NCBI RefSeq assembly: GCF_009914755.1
Contig: NC_060936.1
Reading direction: 5' to 3' (one strand)
DNA from: the human T2T-CHM13v2.0 reference genome, Homo sapiens
Length of the DNA stretch: 64,000 nucleotides
Shown one piece after another: positions 54,240 through 64,000 of the stretch; positions within the stretch are counted from its first letter, which is position 1, and every line of letters starts with the position of its first letter. Made by a program: the position numbers and the translations under genes. Below the pieces are notes generated by a model. The model ran no database searches, had not been told where the DNA came from, and saw nothing but the letters and a program-made list of their open reading frames with translations.

Positions 54240-55930
54240 TTAAAAATAACTTTATTGAAGCGTAATTTATATTCAATAAAATTCACATATTTTAAGTGTA
54301 CACTTAAGTGTAATAACCTTAAAATCATAGAATTTCACTTACCCAACCCCTTGTCCTGTGTGATTACTATATGTCTTCTATTTACACATACTTTATAAGT
54401 TCCACTCAACAATGTTTTTATTTTTACTTTAGTCAATTGTCTTTTAAGTAAATTATGGGAAAAAATAAAACATAGTATTTTATATTTACCTACTTATTTA
54501 CTGTTTCTGATGCTTCTACTACACATTCTATAGATCCAAGTTCCCTTCTGGTATCATTTCCCCTTATCTTGAAGCAACCCAATGGCATTTCTATAATGTA
54601 GGTCTGCTGCTGGAGAATTAGCTAAGCTTTTGTTTATCTGAACATGTCTTTTGCCATCCTCTTTTGACGAATATTTTTGCTGGTATAGAGTTCTTGATTG
54701 ACAGGTTTTTTTTTCTTTCAGAACTTTAAAGATGTTCCATTTTCTCCTGGTTTCCACTGTCTCTGATGAGAAGTCATTGATTTTTTTTTTTCTTTCTGAG
54801 ACGGAGTCTCGCTCTGTCGCCCAGACTGGAGTGCAGTGGCACAATCTTGGCTCACTGTAACCTCCGCCTCCTGGGTTCAAGCAATTCTCTGCCTCAGCTC
54901 CTGAGTAGCTGGGATTACAGGCACCTGCCACCACACCTGGCTAATTTTTGTATTTTTAATAGAGACGGGGTTTCACCATCTTGGCCAGGCTGGCCTTGAA
55001 CTCCTGACCTCGTGATCCACCTGCCTAGGCCTCCCAGAGTGCTGGGATTACAGGCGTGAGCCACCATGCCCGGCCTGATATTATTGTTATTATTTCCCTG
55101 CACATAATGTTTCTTCCTTTGCTGACTGCTTTTAAAATTTTCTCTCTCAGTTTTCAGCAGTTTGACTATGATGTGCATCATTATTATATTCATTATATTT
55201 GTTCTGCTTGGAGTTTTCTGAGCTTCTCAGATACACTCATAAATGAGAAGTTTTCAAGTTCGGGACTTTTGGGGCCATCATTTCTTCAAATATTTTTTTG
55301 TACTCCATTCTCACTCTTCTCTTGCTGGGACTCCTGTTATACATGGTGTTTGGCCATGTTATAGTATCTCATTGGTCCCCGGGGCTTTGTTCAGTTTTCT
55401 TCAGTCTTTTATTCTCTGTGTTCCACAGATCAGTTCATTTCTGTTGATTATTCTTTCAGTTGACTCATGTTTCCTCTAATGTCTCCATCTTCATTAAGCC
55501 TATTCATAATTTTTCATTTCAGTTACTTTTCAATTATGGAATTTCCATTCTGTTCCTTTTTATAGTTCCCATTTATTTGTGGAATTCTCTATATTTCTCC
55601 CTTTAAGATCATATACTCATTTATTTCCTTTAATCAGTTTTTCTTCCATCCTTTAAATATATGTATCTATATATGGATACATATGTAGCACTCTCTCTAT
55701 ATATATATATCTCTCTACACACCCACATATATATAGCTGTTTTCAAATCGTTGTCTGCCAAGTCCAACATCTGAACAATCTCATTTTTTGTTTCCTATTG
55801 ACTGCTTTTTTCCTTGACTATCACATTTTATATTTCTTTATATGTCTAGTGATTTCTTTTTACCGAATATTAGAATCATGGATAATATGTTGTTGTGACT
55901 CTGGATCTTTTCATATTCCTAAGAGTATTG
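54240..55930 (-). mobile_element. Ancient L1M (L1MC/MD/ME-like) fragments, antisense, interrupted by an Alu
   Basis: aatatttttgctggtatagagttcttgattgacag..tctgatgagaagtca..cagcagtttgactatgatgtg..tttcttcaaatattttt..tccaacatctg. Confidence 0.75.
54781..55075 (-). mobile_element. AluS (Sg/Sx-like) inserted in L1
   Basis: gagacggagtctcgctctgtcgccc...gagccaccatgcccggcc. Confidence 0.95.
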
Positions 55931-57479
55931 GTTCATCAGCAGACAGTTTACCATGAACGTGTGTAGGCTTGGTTTTATGCTTGTTGGTGCTGACACATTG
56001 AAAGCCCAAACCCCTCAACCTCCACATTTAATTTTCCCCTCCTGATGTTGTCAGGGCAATGATTTTGGCTTTGCCAGGATGGATCTAGAGTGGGTCTCAC
56101 TGTAGACAAAGGGCCTTACTCCCAGGAGGTGCCCTTGCAGTGTCAGAGTCATCTGTCCAGGGTGGTAATGAGATGTTAACTAGGTCTCTCCACAATTTCA
56201 GGGCCGTAAGTCCAACCTCCTGACACTGCTTTTTCCCCAGCACTGATTAACCTGTACCATCTCTTTTCTGCTGTCAACCCTAAACCAGCTGCTATCTGAT
56301 ATGCCTCATTGGTTTCACCTTGTACCTCTACAACCCAGCCCTAAGCCACAGACACACAGGCAACCCCTACACAAACTTCTAGGGCCCTGTATCTACCTCG
56401 CTGTCTCTTCTGGATGTCCCACCACAGCCACTTCAGCTTCCCACATTCCAACCTGATTTCTGCCTTCTCAATTCCATGGGGCTGCAGTGTTGTGCTTGAA
56501 CTGTAGCTCTTTGTGCTGTCCTCGGGAAACTGTTCTTAATTATAGTATATTAGATAATATAATGTTATATGTTATATTTTACTTTATATGTCACACATTT
56601 ACTGAGGACTTATTGTGTATAAGGCACAGTAGTAATTGGAAGAAGGAAAGGTACTAGAATCTTGCTTTATTTGGAAAATAACAACTTAGAAAATTTTAGA
56701 GCCAGATTGCATTTTCTCATCCAATGTCCACCTTTTAAAGATATTGAAACCTGGACCCAAAAGGTGACATGACTTGTCAAGGTCACACAGTTATTGATAG
56801 CAGAAGAGGAAATAGCCTGGCATTTTCCCCCACTAAATCCCTCCAAAAATATATTTTAAAAGAAAATCTAAGCATGATGTTTAGAAATTTTTACCACTAT
56901 AGAAAATTTGGTTAGTGCCAAAGTCCCTATTGATGCAATAGTGATTTGAGCCAGAATTAGAAAATAAGTAAGTATGTGACCCTAAGAGCATTTTGTTCGA
57001 GTTACATAGAAAGATTAGCTTATGGCGTAGAGTTACCGTAAGTTGGCAGCAATGAACAAATTTGGTTCTTTGTTACACTCCATCTCAAGAACATCCAGGG
57101 AAGAGAAAGCTGTTGCCTGGGTATAATGGTATTTGCCAGAAAAAAAAATCATTAGAGAGGTATAATTAAGACTAGTTTAGTAACTCATTCAACTAGATAA
57201 CTCTATAATGAGTACATCTCATTTACCACCAAAACCATAGAGATATTTTGAAGTTTTCCCCAAAAGTATACCTTTTTTACATTTCTAAAGGAAGGAGTGA
57301 GGATTTGCAGTGAGTGCAACCAAGCCACCTTTTCCTCCTGTTTGGCCTTATTATCAAGTATGTTGCTCAGCAAACAGCCAGTCCTCAGAAACTTCACTCC
57401 AAGAGGCTCTGTCAAGGGTTTGGCACAAAGAGAATGTCGCAAAGATTTTCCAGTGCTCTAGAATATATCCTTGTATTCA

Positions 57480-57891
<412 letters not shown>

Positions 57892-58116
57892 AAGAAATGC
57901 AGGCCACTTTTTCTTTCAGAATTGGCAGTTGAGATGATTCAGATCAACTGTCCTGCCGAGGACAATTAGAAATGCTGGACAAAATATTCTAAATCTTCTT
58001 TCTGGAGCTTGGAAAAGATGCCTGATAGAAACAAATGTGAATCCTCTGTGGAGAAAGATAACATCATCAACATTTTCAAATTACTTTGAAAACCAATTGT
58101 GTGAAAATAAGGTTTT

Positions 58117-59105
<989 letters not shown>

Positions 59106-59449
59106 AAAAGATGTAAGAAGAAGCAAAAGTACAGGTCCAGGTAGCTACATCATTGGCAGATGCCGAAGGAGATCTGCTCCTTACTCTGCCTGGAGCACAA
59201 AACTACAGTTTGCCACCAATAGGGAGGCAGCACAGAGGGACGGCCATCGTGATGCAATCACTTCCAATGGATTAGAGCTGTCATGAGAGATGCACTGTTG
59301 AGAAGGATTGTGAGGCCCCATCTGGACCAGAGGGAAGGAGCAGCATCTGCCATGACGTGGGCCAACAAGTGGCACATGTGTGCAGTGTAGTTGTCATTTT
59401 GCCTGGATAATGGCTAAGGAATGGAAGTGGTAGCTTCAAGTTGGCTTGG

Positions 59450-59640
59450 CTTCTAACTCCAACTCTGCCATTTACCAAGTGTGTAATCTGGGACAATTTA
59501 TCTATCTTACCTAAGCCTCATTTCTTTTATCTGTATTAAGACGGCTGGGGAATTAAATGAAACAATGTATGTAAAGCACTTATGTGGTACCCAGCAGGTG
59601 CCGAGTCCTCGGGAAATGGTAGTTAATACTATTATTGTTG
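59450..59640 (+). mobile_element. MIR SINE
   Basis: actctgccatttaccaagtgtgtaatctgggacaa..aagcctcatttc..gaattaaatga..tatgtaaagcactt. Confidence 0.75.
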
Positions 59641-60589
59641 TTGTTTGCTTTAGATCATCTTGTCTGCCTTTCACCATATGCAGTTTTCTTCTAACACAGG
59701 GTTTCTTTTATATCTTTTTCTCTGAATTTCTCTTTTCAATCCACATTGGTAATATAAAAAATTAATTCAACTTGAAGGCTGATATTTTAATTACTCCTAA
59801 AGTTTTAATTTATTGGGGAACCAGTTACCCACCATCCCTTTGCTAAGACAAGAACCCTCCTTTAGTGTTCCTCATACCATGTGTGGGATGCAGAATTTAT
59901 TAATCTGGAAAGGCTAAATTAAAAATAAATGAAAATCTCTAATGAATAAGGACACTCTAATGAGAACATGCAAAAATCATAAAACTTGAGGCTGTAGGAA
60001 AGCTATCCAGGCAATAATTCTTTCCCCGTTTATAGGAAGCTTCTTTTCCCAGTAAGAAAATGCATTAGTCACTTTTGAAGCTCAGCTTGATAAACTTACT
60101 CCTTTCCCCAAGAGAGAACTATCTGCCTTCCTAGTTCTAGACCTATTTTCTTTTGAAAGCCATTAAGCCTGTGAGACCATTAAAAGTGTCTGTTACTTCA
60201 TCAGCCAAATGAAGGCAGAAAACATGATCTGTGAGATTCATCACGTCTCCAGCTTCTAGCCAGTGCAACATGATTCATGGAGATCAGAAGTAAGCGTGGG
60301 CTAGTAGTCACAACCTGATGATGACAGTGGTGATTGTCACCACCACAAATGCTGAAAGGAGCACTCATTTTTAGAAGCAGTCAGGTATGACTTTGGAAGA
60401 TGAGGACCCAGAGTTGGCTAGTGAGTTATAGTAAGAGGATATTTATCTGATCACTATCCCTGGGAGGGAACTTGTTGGCTCACAAAACTTAGAAGCCCTC
60501 CAGGTGGAATACCTCCTCCTGGCTTAATGGAAAGGTGATGGTGGCACATAGAAAGCCACTCTGTCTTATCTGCGAGCCATCCTACAGTT

Positions 60590-60991
60590 GCGCTACCACA
60601 TCTGCTCTCCACCCTTCCCCACTCTGCTCTCTGGCTGGGGAGTCGACCAGATGGCCTCCATCAACAGGCTGCCTCATCTCCAGTCTGTAGTTGGGTTCAG
60701 TCGATGGGGAGCCGAGCAAGAGATCAGCAGGTGGGAGTAGGGTGAGGTCAGGTTCTTCTGTCCCCAGATCCTTCCCTGCAGGTCTGGGCTGGCATTGTCA
60801 CAGCCTCTCCGAGTGGTCCTTTATACAGAATGCTGTCCTTCCCACTTTCTGTAACCACTCTTTCCACTTGCTTCTTCAGCCTAGTGGTGCTAATAGATCA
60901 CTGTTGTTGCCACTTCCAGGCCACCCTTGTGGTTCTCTTTACCCCATCATAAAAAGCACCAGTCATCTCAAATTATCTTAATTTGAGTGTG
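60590..60991 (+). mobile_element. ERVL LTR relic, LTR33-like
   Basis: ccacccttccccactctgctctct..catcaacaggct..gttgggttcagtcgatgggga..gagatcag..ctcaaattatc..tttgagtgtg. Confidence 0.6.
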
Positions 60992-61483
60992 AGGAGATGG
61001 TGGGACAACCTCGTAGAAATATCTAGTAGGCTTATGAAGCATGTCTTGAACTCAGAAGAGAGGACAAAGAAAATAAATGTAAGTACAGGTGTGGATGCAT
61101 GTACTTAGTGGTGACTATTGGACTCTTAGGAAGGAGAGAAGTGCATGAATTTTCTGAGAGAGAGTTTAGAGAGAGCCACACAAAGGGCAGAAGACTAACA
61201 GAATAAAAGGGCAGAGAGAAGCTCCACCCATGGACACAGCTCACAGGTCCAGTCTTCTGGGAACTGTTTTCATATTTTCCTAGGTGAAGATAGTCTCTCC
61301 CTCTCCTCTATGCTTCCACCGTCCTTTGGGCATAATTCTTAGGAATATTATCACTGAGGATAACCCCCATGCAGGCAAAACTCCAGTCACTGCTTGAGAG
61401 CATCTGATAACACCAAAAAGACTGGATGAGGTTGCTGCAGCCTCCCAGGATGGCCAGCGTGCCCTAGGGCCTGGCTGCTGGTT

Positions 61484-61640
61484 GGTGGGGCAGCAGCTGC
61501 AGTGTCACTTGAGACCCGGTTAGAAATGCAAACTCATTCCCCACCCATGATGGAGAATTACAATCCACATTTTGACAAGATCCTAGGGGACCTATGTGCT
61601 CATTTACCCTAAAGGGTCCCACTGAGACCTGTGTCACGCT
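61484..61640. mobile_element. MER5A-like element
   Basis: cagcagc..cagtgtcacttgaga..gttagaaatgcaaa..cattttgacaagatcc. Confidence 0.65.
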
Positions 61641-62282
61641 TCTAAGACCACACTTCAAATAACAATGGCTGTCACTGATATGGCCTTTACTATGGGCCTG
61701 ATGTTGTTCTGGGCACTTTGCTTAAATTAACTTGTTTAATCCTCACAGCAACTTTATGGGATAGGTAAACGATCATCCTCTCTTTAAGATGAGGTCAATA
61801 GTTGGTACAAGGACACATGGATGAGATGTGGTGGGATTGGGATTCATTGGAGTCATTTGGCTCCAAGGGTCCCTCTTCTTCAACCACTGCACTCTCCTCC
61901 TTCTCCCACCTCCCATGGCAATCAGCAGGGTGCTTCATAGGTTCTCCGTAGGTGCTTGGAAGATGCACAAGTGAATGATGGCATAGCTGTCTGTGGTAGC
62001 CTCAAGAAAGGGAACCTTGATCATCTGGGGAAAACTTTCTACAGCCTGGGTACGCCTGTCTCTCTCATTACAGAAGGGAGAGACTCTCCGATAGTATTTT
62101 CTCAGATAGAGGATGTAGCTGAGGATGGAAAACTTCATTCTAGATTCCCCTGTGGGAGAAGCTGGTGTTTGATCTACATTTTCTTAGAATCTGCATCGCA
62201 AATCCAAGGATAGTGAGGTTCAAGGGCAGTTATGGGGCTCGGTGGGCACAGTAAGGACAGTGCCCTTCACTTGAACACCTGT

Positions 62283-62478
62283 TTTTTTTAAGTTTTTAAA
62301 AATTGTTTTAAATTTTCTTTTTGTTTTTTAGAGACAGGGTCTTGTTCTGTCACCCAGGCTGGAGTGCAGTAGTATGATCATAGTTCACTGTAAACTTGAA
62401 CTCCTGGGCTCAAGTGATCTGCCCACCTCTGCCTCCTGAAGTGCTGGGATTACAAGCCTAAAGCCACTGTGCCTGGCC
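62283..62478 (-). mobile_element. Monomeric Alu (FRAM-like or arm-recombined AluJ)
   Basis: A single ~150-bp monomer plus T-rich tail. Perfect TSD ttgaacacctgt at 62271 and 62479. Confidence 0.88.
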
Positions 62479-64000
62479 TTGAACACCTGTCTTAAGAGAA
62501 ATCTATTTCTTTCAGATGACATCCAATTCTAAGAGGAAGGACTTGTAGCGAAGCTTAGAATTTGCCCACCATCTAGTGACTCTTTTTGTTTGGATTTGGC
62601 TAAAGTTTATTTGGAAATACAGAAGGCATAACTTGCTTTGGTAGGGCCAGCCTCTCAGTCAGCCATCATTCAGCTAATCAGACATCTGGATTAAGCAGTA
62701 TGGCTTTCTCTTCCATTCTGCAAGGACAGCCAGTTCAAGTTAAGGAGCAGCTTTCTAAAACTCCATGTCCTGACTCCTGCCCCAGTCTTGAAAGTGGGCT
62801 GTCGCCTTAATGCTGGCTTGAAGCACAGCAGAATCCAGAGTCAGCCCCACTCCTGGGAAGCCCTGACTACATCGGGATTGGGGATATCACATGTAGAAGG
62901 GGTTTTCCCAGGCTTGAGGTTGACTCGCCATTTCTTTTCATCCAGGCTTTCCGTATTGGCAGAATCTCACATGGTGCCGCAGCCCTCTCTTCTGTTGGAT
63001 TGGGTCGCTGAGAAGTTGTGGTTAAGATTGCCCCAGTAAAGCCAGCAGAGTAGAGGACCCCTGGCCTAATGCTGTCCTTCCCCTGCCCCTCTGTGGCACC
63101 AGATGGGGATTATTTCCTCCACTTTACCAGCGAGGACGTTATCAGGAGGGCCTTCCTCGTGTGCTTCCTGAATTTGTTTTCCTGAAAGTAAAAGTGATAT
63201 CTGCTTCCTCTGATTTCACACACAAGCAACAAACTGGTTCCTCAAACCTCTTTCCAGGGATTTCTTTGAGAGACAGAACAAAGCCAGGAGGAGCATGGGG
63301 CTGACAGACGGAGAGCCCTGGGTGTCCTATAGCTATCCAGGCTACGTCGCAGTCTGGACCCCACAGCCCTGGCGCCGGGACCCTCTACCTGCACATACCT
63401 GACCAGGTCCTCTCCCCATTCAGCCTTCAGCTTAAGCACCACTTCCTGGAAAGCCTTTCTGCAGCCTCCATGCCAAAGGAGGACCCTCGTGGTACCCTAT
63501 TCCGCTTCTTTAAGGCTCTTCACAGAGTTTATTATACATCAGTTGCATGATTATTTGACTAATGTTTGGCTGCCTACAAGCTCTGTGAGGGCAAGGCCTG
63601 CAGGGCTTGTAGTCACCACCGTATTCCCATCTCTAGCACGCAAGCATGGCTCATGGCCTGTAGAGCTTAGCTCAGTAAATAGTCTTTGAGTGAAATGAAG
63701 GTATTGGGTTAGGTGATCCCAAAGTCCTCTTCCTGTCATGGCAAACTCTGAGTCCATCTATGAGAAACTTGTACCCACCAACCCCCTAAACCCAAACTTC
63801 TCTTTTCCTAGTTCAGTGATTCTCAGCACTGTCTTCTGATGAATTCTGTCATCAAGCCTCCTTGATCGTTTTCATACTTTCCTAAGGCTTGGCTGGAATC
63901 TTTGAGTTTGAATAATTGGAAATGTGAAATGTTCATGCCTAAACACCAACAGAAAAGCAGAGCGTCAATGTGGAATCCAAACAATGGAATCTAACGTTGG

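Overview
Primate (very probably human) genomic DNA from inside CACNA1C, the L-type Ca2+ channel CaV1.2 alpha-1C subunit, transcribed on the + strand. There are only two coding exons, each 140 nt with canonical AG/GT ends. The exon at 32075-32214 encodes IS2-IS3 ([23 protein letters not shown]...[14 protein letters not shown]) and the exon at 40666-40805 encodes the IS3-IS4 linker and the domain-I S4 voltage sensor (...[19 protein letters not shown]). They match exons 4 and 5 as I recall the canonical numbering. Everything else is intron, filled with Alu, MIR, L1, L2, MaLR/ERV LTRs, hAT-type MER elements and simple repeats. All other ORFs in the supplied track look spurious. I see no new protein-coding or multi-gene system. 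The best second-look items are non-coding: a ~220-bp dispersed direct duplication bracketing an enhancer-like motif cluster, an intact antisense solo LTR 40 nt after the exon-4 donor, several candidate cryptic/poison exons (one beside a (UG)23 tract), two ~0.85-kb complex microsatellites (one packed with 5' splice-site consensus hexamers), small tandem duplications and inverted Alu pairs. Repeat family names are from recalled consensus sequences, and boundaries without target-site duplications (TSDs) are approximate.
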